Sequence record: SRR22947725_2342
Direction: 5' to 3' (one strand)
Length of the DNA stretch: 37,979 bases
Positions 1 to 10,537 of the stretch are shown here, piece after piece. Numbering within the stretch: position 1 is the stretch's first letter; each line of letters begins with the position of its first letter. Position numbers and translations under genes: made by a program. The notes under the pieces are model-generated. The model saw only the letters and a list, made by a program, of their open reading frames with translations, did not search any database and had not been told where the DNA came from.

Positions 1-2
1 AT

Positions 3-923
<921 letters not shown>

Positions 924-943
924 CGCCAAGTAAGGATCAGTCT

Positions 944-975
944 AAACCGGCCTGCGATTTTGCCGGCCGGTTTTT
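944..975 (+). terminator. Intercistronic hairpin / probable intrinsic terminator between dnaK and dnaJ
   Basis: AAACCGGCC(944-952)...GGCCGGTTT(965-973) inverted repeat running into a T tract. Confidence 0.6.
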
Positions 976-998
976 CCGTTCCAGAGGGGACAGTTTAG

Positions 999-2147
999 AT
1001 GTCAAAACGCGATTACTACGAAACGCTTGGGATCTCGAAAGGGGCCACGGCGGAGGAAATCAAAAAGGCCTATCGTCGCAAGGCGAAGGAGCTTCATCCA
1101 GATCGCAATGCAGATAATCCAGCTTCTGAGGGTCTCTTCAAAGAGGCCAACGAGGCTTATGAAGTTCTCAAAGACAGCAATAAAAAGGCCGCCTACGATC
1201 GTTACGGTCATGCAGCCTTTGAAGGTGGCATGGGCGGTGGCGGCGGTGGCCGGCCCGGCGGGCAAGGGGATTTCTCCAGTGCCTTTTCCGATGTCTTCGA
1301 CGACCTTTTTGGCGATTTCATGGGCGGACGCGGCGGCGGTGGCCGGCAACGTGCCGCGCGCGGCGCGGACCTGCGCTATAATATGCGCGTCACCCTCGAA
1401 GAGGCGTTTCGCGGGTTGCAAAAAACCATCAATGTGCCAACGGCTGTGTCCTGCGCAAATTGTTCTGGAACAGGCGCGGCTTCGGGCAGCGCACCTGCGA
1501 CCTGTGGCACCTGCTCCGGCATGGGCAAGGTTCGCGCGCAGCAAGGATTTTTCACGGTTGAGCGCACCTGCCCCAGTTGTTCTGGCGCAGGGCAGGTGAT
1601 CAAAAACCCATGCTCAAGCTGCCACGGAGCTGGGCGGGTTGAGAAAGACCGGGCGCTATCCGTCAATATCCCGGCCGGTGTCGAAACTGGCACGCGCATT
1701 CGCCTGTCGGGCGAAGGCGAGGCGGGGGCACGCGGTGGACCTCAAGGCGATCTCTATATCTTTATCGAGGTGGCCGATCACCAGATTTTTGAACGCGAGG
1801 GCAACAACCTGTTTTGCAATGTGCCCGTGTCGATGACCTCCGCTGCATTGGGCGGCGATATCGAAGTGCCAAATATCGACGGGGGCCGCAGCCGGGTTAA
1901 GATCCCAAGTGGTAGCCAATCCGGTCGGCAAATGCGCTTGCGCTCTAAGGGTATGCCCTCCGTGCGTGGCGGCGGTGTGGGTGACATGTTCATCGAGCTA
2001 CAGGTGGAAACGCCCGTAAATTTGACGGCGCGTCAAAAGGAGATTTTGAAAGAGTTTGAGGCGCTCTCAAGTGACAACAGCCCTGAGAGTCAAGGCTTTT
2101 TCAAAAAGGTCAAACGGTTTTGGGATGGTGTAAAGGGTCAAGAATAA
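999..2147 (+). CDS. dnaJ: Chaperone DnaJ
   Basis: J domain with HPD, G/F-rich linker, four CxxCxGxG zinc-finger repeats; SD AGAGGGG upstream. Confidence 0.98.
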   Translation: MSKRDYYETLGISKGATAEEIKKAYRRKAKELHPDRNADNPASEGLFKEANEAYEVLKDSNKKAAYDRYGHAAFEGGMGGGGGGRPGGQGDFSSAFSDVFDDLFGDFMGGRGGGGRQRAARGADLRYNMRVTLEEAFRGLQKTINVPTAVSCANCSGTGAASGSAPATCGTCSGMGKVRAQQGFFTVERTCPSCSGAGQVIKNPCSSCHGAGRVEKDRALSVNIPAGVETGTRIRLSGEGEAGARGGPQGDLYIFIEVADHQIFEREGNNLFCNVPVSMTSAALGGDIEVPNIDGGRSRVKIPSGSQSGRQMRLRSKGMPSVRGGGVGDMFIELQVETPVNLTARQKEILKEFEALSSDNSPESQGFFKKVKRFWDGVKGQE

Positions 2148-2153
2148 AGCATG

Positions 2154-2195
2154 AAGCCTAGCGCCCGATAAGATCGGCGCTGGGCTTTTATTTTA
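2154..2195. terminator. Intrinsic terminator between convergent dnaJ and the OmpA-domain gene
   Basis: AAGCCTAGCGCC...GGCGCTGGGCTT stem followed by TTATTTT on the + strand. Confidence 0.75.
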
Positions 2196-3687
2196 CCCAA
2201 ATCTCAACCCGGCGGTTTTGATTTTGGCCCCAGGCGGTGTCATTGCAGGCCAGCGGCAAGCCCTCCCCTAATCCAAGAACTTCGAACCCATCACTGAGTT
2301 GCGCATCATCCAGCAATGTCGCGATGGTGGCGCGTACAGCGCGGGCGCGATCGAGAGAAATTTGCACGTTGCCTTCCGCGCTCCCTTGGCTGTCGCTGAA
2401 CCCCACAAACATCACGTCGCGCCCTTCAAAATACCCTGCGACAAACAAACGTTTGAGAAATTGGAGGTTGGATTGCGAGTCGGCATCCATGATTTGCGTA
2501 CCCTCCAAGAAGCGGAACGCCAGAGACATCCGCTCATAGCCATTCAGGTTGAGCACGGCCCGGCGCAGATCTTCGGTGCGCATATCCATATCGGTGTTTA
2601 AAATTGCATTGATCAAGAGGCCAGATTGCCCATGAATTTCGGTCTTTTTGGGGCTGCGGCTGATGAAACCCAGTGTCCGCACCGCGTCCTGCGCTTCGGG
2701 TGTCAGCAAGAAGGCCCAAAAGGCACGGGTGATGTTTTGCATCTTCTTTGGTGCGGCGATCAGGTAGATCGGTGCTTGTAACGGATGCGCCGGGGCTTGA
2801 ATGCCAGCTGGCGCCATCGGTTGATCGCAGCCCAAGCTGACTTGAACCAAGGTGTCTTGTGCCACTTGATCGGTGCTCACCGTCAAACGACCAGGCGTGT
2901 TTACGCCCTTGGGCGGCATCGGTCGGGGGGGCTCAAAAACTCTTAAGAGTTGCTGCAACGCCTGAGTTTGATCGTCTTTTCCTGTAAGAAAGGCCGGGTA
3001 TTGAATGCCGGCGGTAAGTGGCCAAAGCCCGGGCTCCTCGCCCAACATTGCCACCAATTGGCTCATCGTGATGAACCTATTGGGATTGCTGGGCTGAGAA
3101 TACAAATAAAGATCCTGCCATGCCAAAACCATAGAGTTTTGCGGATGGTCTAAGGAGCCGAACATATCCTCATTGAGAGCGGCTTGCTCCTCTTGCGTGG
3201 CGGCGCGCAGCGTCAGTGCCAAATTGGCCCGGCCCTCTAAAATATCTGAAATTGCGTCACGACTATTGCGATCAGAAAGCGCGAAAACCGCAAGCGCCGT
3301 ACCATTTTCCGGGTCAAACAAGGTGACCTGCCCCGGCATCTCTTTTGACAGCTGATAGGAATAGCCCTGATGTTCGGCGAAGGACTGAATGAGCGGCATG
3401 AGCAGCGCCGAATTCAATGATCCGTCACCAGAGAGTGCGATGCTTTCGGGTGATGCGCTCAAGGCAGGGCAGGCCGCCCCTCGGCAGACCACCATATCGG
3501 CAGCTAAGGTCAATTGCCCATACTCGGATTGAATTTGATAGTTTTCCCCATCGAATGAGATCAGCGCGCCGGAGACTGAAAAAGAGGCATTGCGCAGTAC
3601 CAGCTCGACGGGATCTGCGAGTGCCGCGCCTATGCTTCCGAAAAAGCAGGCCACAGCCCATAGTCCTATGCTCAAAATACGATGCAA
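2188..3687 (-). CDS. Exported substrate-binding (PstS/PBP-like) and OmpA-like peptidoglycan-binding domain fusion protein
   Basis: Signal peptide ending AALA-D; C-terminal OmpA_C motifs VGFSDSQG...NVQISLDRARAV...NRRVEIW; central PBP-like segments (FWAFLLTPEAQDAV). TTG start uncertain. Confidence 0.8.
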   Translation of the reverse strand: MHRILSIGLWAVACFFGSIGAALADPVELVLRNASFSVSGALISFDGENYQIQSEYGQLTLAADMVVCRGAACPALSASPESIALSGDGSLNSALLMPLIQSFAEHQGYSYQLSKEMPGQVTLFDPENGTALAVFALSDRNSRDAISDILEGRANLALTLRAATQEEQAALNEDMFGSLDHPQNSMVLAWQDLYLYSQPSNPNRFITMSQLVAMLGEEPGLWPLTAGIQYPAFLTGKDDQTQALQQLLRVFEPPRPMPPKGVNTPGRLTVSTDQVAQDTLVQVSLGCDQPMAPAGIQAPAHPLQAPIYLIAAPKKMQNITRAFWAFLLTPEAQDAVRTLGFISRSPKKTEIHGQSGLLINAILNTDMDMRTEDLRRAVLNLNGYERMSLAFRFLEGTQIMDADSQSNLQFLKRLFVAGYFEGRDVMFVGFSDSQGSAEGNVQISLDRARAVRATIATLLDDAQLSDGFEVLGLGEGLPLACNDTAWGQNQNRRVEIWVK

Positions 3688-3801
3688 ATGAGGTCCAACC
3701 CAGGAAACTTCAAGGTCATACTGTCGTGGGTTTCACCGATTCTATCAACAAAATAATAGCCTTAGGGCTGATTTCTTTCATAGAATTCCTTGCGTATTTT
3801 G

Positions 3802-4797
3802 TTAGGTGAAGGCCACCCGCGCAATAGGGCGCAACCGCTCTAGGGTTTTTTGATTGGTTTTGGAGCGATCATTGCGTCGCTGCGGGACATTGACCAATAA
3901 GCCTAAAATCTTTGCGTAGGGCAAAAATTGGACACTCGGGTCATTGGGCCCCACAAGCCTATAGCCCGCGAAAAACGCCTCAATGGCATCAGCTGGAATG
4001 ATCTGCCCGCTTTCAAGCTCTTTGGAGCTGCGAAGAATGGCGGTATAATTAAGCAACAGGCGGGCGATGTCATGACCCACGGGCGCAGGTTGGTTTTTTG
4101 AAATATTGATTCCGGTTAAACAGGTGCCATCAAAAATCAGATTGCGCATATGAAAATCGCCATATTGAACCGCAGATACAGTTTGTTGATCGGAATATTT
4201 GTTTGCGAGTTCAGACAACCGTTCAACCCCTTGCAAAATAAGGGGCTTGGCGGCAACTTTCAGGTCTCCTGACTGAATTTTTTCGCCCAGATCGTGGTAG
4301 TAATTCACCGCATGTTTCGGTTGAAAAATGCGGGTCTCCGAGACTTTGGTTCGATGATAGGCATCCAACCATTCTCCAGCCAGTTGCAGCAGCTCAAGCT
4401 GCCTGGCGTTATCCTCTGCGGCATCGTGCATATACTCAGAAAAGGGTAGGCCTTCCGCATAGGTCGTTAGGCTGGCTTGATTGGCGATGTCCAAGCACAT
4501 GGGCTTGATCAGAGAAAGGCGCTCGCTACGTTGAAAGGCGCGAGACGCTTTTTCCAATCGCAAATAATGTGCGGCAAAGGCGGCCTGTGCGCGGGGTCGC
4601 AGTTGTAGCCGATATTTGAACAGCCCATGCTTTGGGTGCTCTACCAAATAAGAAATGCGGGCCCGATCTGTCTCTTCGCGCTTCGACAGCAAAACATATG
4701 ACCAGCCCACCATAGGCAGCTGCGCCTCCTCCAAAACACCTGGCCATGCAGCATGGGCCGCTCTTTCCAGTTTTGTTATGGGGTCTTCGAGCCACAT
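3802..4797 (-). CDS. APH/choline-kinase-like phosphotransferase-fold protein with altered catalytic motifs
   Basis: VQYGDFHMRNLIF resembles the HGDxxxxN Brenner motif; GINIS at the position of the Mg-binding xIDx motif; later HDIARLL. ATG at 4797 preferred to TTG at 4836. Confidence 0.65.
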   Translation of the reverse strand: MWLEDPITKLERAAHAAWPGVLEEAQLPMVGWSYVLLSKREETDRARISYLVEHPKHGLFKYRLQLRPRAQAAFAAHYLRLEKASRAFQRSERLSLIKPMCLDIANQASLTTYAEGLPFSEYMHDAAEDNARQLELLQLAGEWLDAYHRTKVSETRIFQPKHAVNYYHDLGEKIQSGDLKVAAKPLILQGVERLSELANKYSDQQTVSAVQYGDFHMRNLIFDGTCLTGINISKNQPAPVGHDIARLLLNYTAILRSSKELESGQIIPADAIEAFFAGYRLVGPNDPSVQFLPYAKILGLLVNVPQRRNDRSKTNQKTLERLRPIARVAFT

Positions 4798-4834
4798 GAT
4801 AGCATTCCAATAATAAGCAAAAATTAAAGACTTC

Positions 4835-4860
4835 AAAAAATAACCTAGACGAATCTAGGC
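4835..4860 (-). terminator. Intrinsic terminator downstream of the amidase gene
   Basis: Minus strand reads GCCTAGA-TTCG-TCTAGGT-TATTTTTT: stem, UUCG loop, U tract. Confidence 0.6.
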
Positions 4861-4924
4861 CGGTGATTTCCGTGAAATTATACAAATTTTAACGTATCAT
4901 TGACCAGTAAAACATGTGGTTTTT

Positions 4925-6364
4925 TTAAATCCACGAAGGATTGATAGGATCAATTGGACCAAGTGGACCCCCGAATGTTAATTCGACGTGTCGCGCAGCG
5001 GCCAATAGCGCAGCTTCTCCTCGGGGTTTCCCGATCAGTTGCAGCCCCACCGGCAAGCCGCGCGGACCGCGTCCTACGGGCACCGATATCGCAGGCAGGC
5101 CGGTGGTTGTGGCCAAAAAGGCAAAGCGCAACCAATCCATATAATTGGTCAGCTCTACACCACCCACGTGATGCACCCATTCTTCAGAAGCCGAATGCGG
5201 CATACAGCCCACTGTTGGGCAAGCGAGGACGTCGAATGTCTCAAACAGGCTCAGCATATTATTGAACAGAATGGAGCGATTCAAATTGGCGTCGATAATA
5301 TCTTCCAGAGTCAAAGCTTGCCCAAAAGCGGTGTTTTCAGCGAGCGTAGATTTGAAATGCGCTTGGACCTCCTGTGGTAGACGTTTTGCCGCCGTGGCCC
5401 ACATAAGGCCGCGCAGTGTGTGATAGCTGCGCTCAAGATGGGTGAGATCGGGGCAAGTCTCTTCAATCCGTGCGCCATTCTTCTCAAGCTGTCGCATTGC
5501 CGCGGCAAGATGCTGTGCCATTTCGGGATCGACCTGTCCAAAGCCTCCCAAATCCGGGGCAAAGGCAATTTTCAGCTTTCCGTCAGCGCGAATGACGGCC
5601 TCTTGATAGGGAATTTCGGGTGCCGGATAGGAAATGGCGATCTGTGGATCAAACCCTGACATCGCATCCAAAAACAATGCACAATCTCTTACGGAACGGG
5701 CCATTGGGCCCTGCACCCCTTCAATTATAAAGGCCGCGTCCTGTCCTGGTCCGCCTGCAATGCCCGGGCTTGGGCGCAGACCCACGATGCCGCAATAGGC
5801 GGCTGGGGTGCGCAGGCTCCCGCCGTGATCGGACCCATGGCTCAGCCAAATTTCCCCTGCGGCCAAAGAAGCGGCCGCGCCACCGGACGAGCCGCCCGGA
5901 TTGAGCGCGGTATTCCAAGGGTTTCGTGTTTGTCCAAAGACGTCATTGAAGGTGTTACCTCCTGCGCCAAATTCGGGTGTGTTGGTTTTGCCTAAAATGA
6001 CCGCCCCACGCTGTTCCAATTGGTCCACCAAAGGATCACTTTTTTGCGGTATGAAACCCGCCAGCCCTTTGGTTCCAAATGTTGTGCGGACATTGGCGAC
6101 GGCGTTGAGATCTTTGATTGTGATCGGCAAGCCCGCCAGCCAACCGGCCGGGGTGCTGTCTCGGCTTGATAAATCCACCGCACGCGCCTGCGCTTCACAA
6201 AGCGTAGGTGTGGCATTGATCAATGGGCCGGTTTGGGCAATGCGCGTCAAAGCTGCATCTATCAGATCTGATGAGGAAATTTCCCTGGCTTTCAACAGGG
6301 CAACAACTTCATGGGCTTCAAATCTGCAAAGTTCTGGGCCAGTGAACAATAGCTCTGATGTCAT
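4925..6364 (-). CDS. Amidase-signature family protein
   Basis: PITIKD (catalytic Lys), GKTNTPEFG, GGSSGG and GSDHGGSLRTPA (Ser-cisSer-Lys triad). ATG 6364 has SD GAAGGG. Confidence 0.92.
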   Translation of the reverse strand: MTSELLFTGPELCRFEAHEVVALLKAREISSSDLIDAALTRIAQTGPLINATPTLCEAQARAVDLSSRDSTPAGWLAGLPITIKDLNAVANVRTTFGTKGLAGFIPQKSDPLVDQLEQRGAVILGKTNTPEFGAGGNTFNDVFGQTRNPWNTALNPGGSSGGAAASLAAGEIWLSHGSDHGGSLRTPAAYCGIVGLRPSPGIAGGPGQDAAFIIEGVQGPMARSVRDCALFLDAMSGFDPQIAISYPAPEIPYQEAVIRADGKLKIAFAPDLGGFGQVDPEMAQHLAAAMRQLEKNGARIEETCPDLTHLERSYHTLRGLMWATAAKRLPQEVQAHFKSTLAENTAFGQALTLEDIIDANLNRSILFNNMLSLFETFDVLACPTVGCMPHSASEEWVHHVGGVELTNYMDWLRFAFLATTTGLPAISVPVGRGPRGLPVGLQLIGKPRGEAALLAAARHVELTFGGPLGPIDPINPSWI

Positions 6365-6417
6365 AATGCGCACCCTTCATATGATGGGTTAATGACTGCA
6401 TCATAGGTTGGGGTGGG

Positions 6418-8142
6418 TCAAGTCAAAGGGGTAAGCTGGTCCATGGCCCGTTTTTGGCTCAGGAAAATATCTCCCGTGAGCTGCTCGAGAAACTCCGTTC
6501 CCGTTAATCGATCCATGACCGGCCCCTTAACCTCGGACAGATGGAAAGACACGCCCATATCTTCAAGCCGTTTATTGACCGCCTCTAAGGAGTCCAACGC
6601 GCTCATATCAATATCATTCACGGCAGAGCACATCAAAACCACATGGCGCAATTGTGGCTGCTGGGTGGCGCGGGCAAGCAGGTGATCTTCTAAGAAGCGT
6701 GCATTGGCGAAATAGAGGCTTTCATCCACGCGAATTGTCAAAATGTGAGGCTGGGTGATGACATCATAGCGCAGAACATTGCGGTAGTGTTCTGAATTTG
6801 GCACTTGCCCCACGGTTGCGATATGGGGTCTGGAGGATTTGTAGAGATGGATCAAAATCGAAACCAAAACCCCAGCAATCACCCCAGTTTCAACGCCGAC
6901 AACAAGCGTTATAGCCATTGTGGTCGCGACGGCTGTGAAATCGGCCTTTGAATAGCGCCAGGCTTTTCCCAAGATTTTGAAATCTACCAAAGAGAGCACG
7001 GCGACAATGATCGTCGCGGCCAATGTGGCTTTGGGCAAAAAGAAGATGAGAGGTGTCAAAAACAAAGAGGCGAAGATCAAACCAACAGCCGTATAGGCCC
7101 CGGCCGCGGGAGTTTCGGCGCCGGCGTCATAATTGACGACTGATCGTGAAAACCCGCCCGTCACGGGAAAGCCTGAAGTGAAGGCCGCACCAATATTGGC
7201 GGCGCCAAGGCCGATGAGCTCTTGGTCTGGATCAATCCGCTGGCGTTTTTTTGCTGCAAGAGTTTGCGCAACAGAGATGGATTCCACAAACCCAATGACT
7301 GAAATCAAAACGGCTGATGTCAGAAGGCTGCTCCACAGATCAAGCGAAAATTTTGGCATTGTCAGTGGCGGCAGACCCTGCGGCACAGCGCCAACTATTT
7401 TTACGCCCAAGTTTTGCAGATCGAGCAGCCATACGAGGGCGGTGGTGGCAACAATTGCGGCAACTGGACCCGTTTTGGCCATAATTTTTGCGACAGGCTC
7501 GGTCAGACCCAGCGTCAATAAGAGCGGCAGCAAACCTTTGCGTACCCAGAACAGAAAGGCTGTTGTAAGGCTACCGATGAGCGCGGTGATCCAATTGATG
7601 TCCTGCCGATGTGCCCAAAGAGACTCTGCCAATTGAACCAAATTATGGCCCTCTGCCTGAATGCCTAAAATTGCCTTCAGTTGGCTGGCAGCGATGATCA
7701 GGCCAGAGGCTGTGATAAAACCAGCGATGACGGGATGGGACAGGAAATTGGCCATGAACCCCAAACGAAACACCCCCATCGCCACCAAGAACACACCTGA
7801 CAAAAAGGCCAGTGCGATGGCTGCAAAGATATAGTCTTCACTGCCTGGTGCAGCGATGCGTGAGATAGATGCTGCTGTGAGCAAGGACACGACCGCCACG
7901 GGGCCCACGGCTAAAGACCGGCTGGTGCCAAATATTGCATAAAGGGTGATCGGCAAGATGGATGCGTAGAGACCCATTTGCGGCGGTAGACCCGCGAGCA
8001 TGGCATAGGCTAAGGATTGCGGAATTAACATGATGGTCACAATCACCGCAGCGGTGAGGTCATTGGTCAAAGACCCGCGATTGTATGTTCTGCCCCATGT
8101 TAGAATGGGCAGATATGGGGCGAGCATTGATGTGAGTTTCAT
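6418..8142 (-). CDS. sulP: SulP/SLC26 family anion permease with STAS domain
   Basis: PQSLAYAMLAGLPPQMGLY, GPVA, GGFSRS motifs; C-terminal STAS (RVDESLYFANA, VNDIDMSAL). Confidence 0.95.
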   Translation of the reverse strand: MKLTSMLAPYLPILTWGRTYNRGSLTNDLTAAVIVTIMLIPQSLAYAMLAGLPPQMGLYASILPITLYAIFGTSRSLAVGPVAVVSLLTAASISRIAAPGSEDYIFAAIALAFLSGVFLVAMGVFRLGFMANFLSHPVIAGFITASGLIIAASQLKAILGIQAEGHNLVQLAESLWAHRQDINWITALIGSLTTAFLFWVRKGLLPLLLTLGLTEPVAKIMAKTGPVAAIVATTALVWLLDLQNLGVKIVGAVPQGLPPLTMPKFSLDLWSSLLTSAVLISVIGFVESISVAQTLAAKKRQRIDPDQELIGLGAANIGAAFTSGFPVTGGFSRSVVNYDAGAETPAAGAYTAVGLIFASLFLTPLIFFLPKATLAATIIVAVLSLVDFKILGKAWRYSKADFTAVATTMAITLVVGVETGVIAGVLVSILIHLYKSSRPHIATVGQVPNSEHYRNVLRYDVITQPHILTIRVDESLYFANARFLEDHLLARATQQPQLRHVVLMCSAVNDIDMSALDSLEAVNKRLEDMGVSFHLSEVKGPVMDRLTGTEFLEQLTGDIFLSQKRAMDQLTPLT

Positions 8143-8184
8143 GTGCGTGTTCCGGTCATGCGAGACGGGTGATAGAAATCTGGG

Positions 8185-8610
8185 CTAAAGGGCGGCCGCA
8201 GAAAGCCTTGGGGTGAGTGCCGTCAGATCATGCCCGGCCGATTTTGCAGCCGCGAGAATCTCATCCACGGATTGCCCAATTTGGGCTTGATGCAAGGCCC
8301 AAAGGGCGGTCGCGCGCATACCACTGCGGCAATAGGCGAAAATGGGCCCGGTGCTCTTGCTGACCATATCCGCAAATTCCGCGATTTGTTCTTCAGAGAT
8401 CTGACCGGGAATGATGGGCAGGTAATGGGCTGCAAGCTCCAAAGTGGCGGCTTGAGTTTTCAGGGTGTCAAACGCGGGCTGATCGGGCCCCTCGCCATCA
8501 GGGCGCAGGCAAATAACAGATTTTATGCCAGAGATTTGAATATCTTCGATATCATCAACTTCAATCTGGGGTCCAACATAGAAATGATCTGAGAGCTTTT
8601 TCATAGACAT
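8185..8610 (-). CDS. TIGR01244/DUF442 family sulfurtransferase (Blh N-terminal-like domain)
   Basis: GPQI, ICLRPDGE and active loop AYCRSGMR; SD AAGGA. Confidence 0.88.
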   Translation of the reverse strand: MSMKKLSDHFYVGPQIEVDDIEDIQISGIKSVICLRPDGEGPDQPAFDTLKTQAATLELAAHYLPIIPGQISEEQIAEFADMVSKSTGPIFAYCRSGMRATALWALHQAQIGQSVDEILAAAKSAGHDLTALTPRLSAAAL

Positions 8611-8671
8611 AGCTTATCCTTTTGCCGCGCGTATCAACCGGGCAATTGTGTTTCAAAAATGGGTGGCGGCT

Positions 8672-9556
8672 TTACAAAGAGTTGATTGGTACTTTCAGGC
8701 TCGGGTGCCCGTCTTCATCTGTAGGAACTTCGCCTGCGCGCATGTTGACTTGCAAGGCTGGAATAATCAGCTTTGGCATCGCCAAAGTGGCGTCGCGCTC
8801 GGTACGCATTTTAACAAAGGATTCGCGGGTCGCATCTCCGCCAACATGGATGTTGAAGGCGCGTTCTTCTGCCACGGTGGTTTCCCACTGGATGTCGCGC
8901 CCATTGGGGCCGTAGTCATGGCACATAAACAAGCGCGTTTCATCCGGCAGGCTCAACACTTTTTGAATGGAATCATATAGGATCCCTGCATCCCCACCGG
9001 GGAAATCAGCGCGCGCCGATCCACCATCGGGCATAAACAAAGTGTCGCCGACAAAAGCCGCATCGCCCATGACATGCACCATACAGGCCGGAGTATGGCC
9101 AGGTGTGGCGATGACGGTGGCTTGCATTTGCCCCACATGATAGCTGTCCCCATCTTCAAACAGCGCATCAAATTGTGATCCATCGCGTTGGAATGCGGTT
9201 CCTTCATTGAAGATCTTGCCAAAGGTGTCCTGCACCTGGATGATTTTCTCACTGATGCCGATCTTGCCGCCCAATTGCTCTTGCAAATAGGGGGCTGCGG
9301 AAAGGTGATCGGCGTGCACATGGGTTTCAATGATCCATTGTAGCTCAAGGCCCTGATCTTTGATTGTCTTGACGATCTCATCGGCGCTTTCGAAGGTAAT
9401 CCGTCCGGCCGCGTAGTCCATATTCATGACGGAATCGATCACGGCGCAGGCGGTGCTGCTCGGATCCTTCACAATATAGCTGATGGTGTTGGTTTGGGCA
9501 TCAAAGAAGGCCATGACTTCCGGCTGTTCTAGCTTGTTCAGTTTTGTGTCAGACAT
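8672..9556 (-). CDS. MBL-fold persulfide (sulfur) dioxygenase, Blh/ETHE1-like
   Basis: ETHVHADHLS, TPGHTPAC, FVGDTLF, CHDY motifs; sulfur-cassette context. Confidence 0.9.
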   Translation of the reverse strand: MSDTKLNKLEQPEVMAFFDAQTNTISYIVKDPSSTACAVIDSVMNMDYAAGRITFESADEIVKTIKDQGLELQWIIETHVHADHLSAAPYLQEQLGGKIGISEKIIQVQDTFGKIFNEGTAFQRDGSQFDALFEDGDSYHVGQMQATVIATPGHTPACMVHVMGDAAFVGDTLFMPDGGSARADFPGGDAGILYDSIQKVLSLPDETRLFMCHDYGPNGRDIQWETTVAEERAFNIHVGGDATRESFVKMRTERDATLAMPKLIIPALQVNMRAGEVPTDEDGHPSLKVPINSL

Positions 9557-9593
9557 TTGATCACCTTTCTAAATTACTTATCGTCGCCGAAGT

Positions 9594-10019
9594 TTAAACG
9601 TGGTTGTCTCGCCGTTGGAGAACGTATTTTGAAGCTGCCATCCCTGTCAACATAGTGGCGACAAAGATCAGCGTGCCTTCAGCAGCCAGCGGCAGAGCCG
9701 TCATTGCTGGACCGGGGCAAAATCCGCCTAAACCCCAACCTACGCCAAATATTGCTGCACCTGTGATCAAACGTGCGTCGAAGTCCGTGCGGGTGGGCAG
9801 ATGGAAGACGTCGTTGAAAAATGGCTTGCTGCGGCGGGTGACCAGCCAAAACCCTGGCATGGTGACAGCAATCGCGCCGCCCATAACAAAGGCAAGGCTG
9901 GGATCCCAGGTGCCGAAGAGGTCGAGAAAGTTTTGGACCTTGGCGGGATTGGCCATGCCCGACAGTAACAGGCCGAAGCCAAACATAAGACCGGACAGAA
10001 GTGTAACGAGGTTTTTCAT
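9594..10019 (-). CDS. YeeE/YedE-related (DUF6691-like) sulfur-compound transporter membrane protein
   Basis: SGMANPAKVQNFLD, WDPSLAFVMG, GFCPGPA motifs; ATG at 10019 with SD GGAGG. Confidence 0.88.
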   Translation of the reverse strand: MKNLVTLLSGLMFGFGLLLSGMANPAKVQNFLDLFGTWDPSLAFVMGGAIAVTMPGFWLVTRRSKPFFNDVFHLPTRTDFDARLITGAAIFGVGWGLGGFCPGPAMTALPLAAEGTLIFVATMLTGMAASKYVLQRRDNHV

Positions 10020-10023
10020 GGCT

Positions 10024-10458
10024 TTAGCCTCCAAAAACGTGACGAAGCAGCAGGACGGCAATAAAACCGGTGCTCATGAAGGTTAATGTCGCAACAATCG
10101 AGCGACCGGAGAGGCGGGAAATGCCGCATACCCCGTGGCCACTCGTGCAGCCATTGCCCCAGACGGATCCGAAACCGACCAGAGCGCCGGCGAGGGCCAA
10201 AAGCGGCAGGTTGTTTGAAACGCTTTGCAGCGGAGCTTGTCCGTTGATCACGATCCAAATGGGTGCGGCGAGCAACAGACCGATCAAAAAGATCAGACCC
10301 TGTGGGAGTGACTGATCTTTGCCGGTGGGGGGGAGCATGCGTGATAGAATGCCGCTGATTCCCGCAATACGACCATGGGTCGCCATTAGTAAAACAGCCG
10401 AAGCGCCAATAAGGCCGCCTCCCAAAAGTGACAGAAGTGGTGTGAACTCGGTTTCCAT
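10024..10458 (-). CDS. YeeE/YedE family sulfur-compound transporter membrane protein
   Basis: GRIAGISG and [12 protein letters not shown] motifs; start at 10458 (METEF) or 10470. Confidence 0.9.
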   Translation of the reverse strand: METEFTPLLSLLGGGLIGASAVLLMATHGRIAGISGILSRMLPPTGKDQSLPQGLIFLIGLLLAAPIWIVINGQAPLQSVSNNLPLLALAGALVGFGSVWGNGCTSGHGVCGISRLSGRSIVATLTFMSTGFIAVLLLRHVFGG

Positions 10459-10501
10459 AGTTGGCCCCATTGTTATGCCGTATTTGATATTCTCATTTTT
10501 A

Positions 10502-10537
10502 TATATAAGTGATCACTAATATACAAGCGCTATATTA
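10502..10537. promoter_or_regulatory. Overlapping AT-rich palindromes, candidate repressor operator of the sulfur cassette
   Basis: TATAT-A-AGTGATCACT-A-ATATA (10502-10523, one mismatched pair) overlaps TAATATA-N7-TATATTA (10517-10537), directly upstream of the yeeE-like gene. Confidence 0.5.

Noticed and set aside
1229-1345. GGC-rich repeats in dnaJ
   Set aside because: They encode the normal G/F-rich linker.
3688-3714. CTTGAA-N15-CCTCAT sigma32-like promoter on the minus strand before the OmpA-domain gene
   Set aside because: It abuts the predicted TTG start, leaving no room for a transcript start. It cannot be supported without TSS data.
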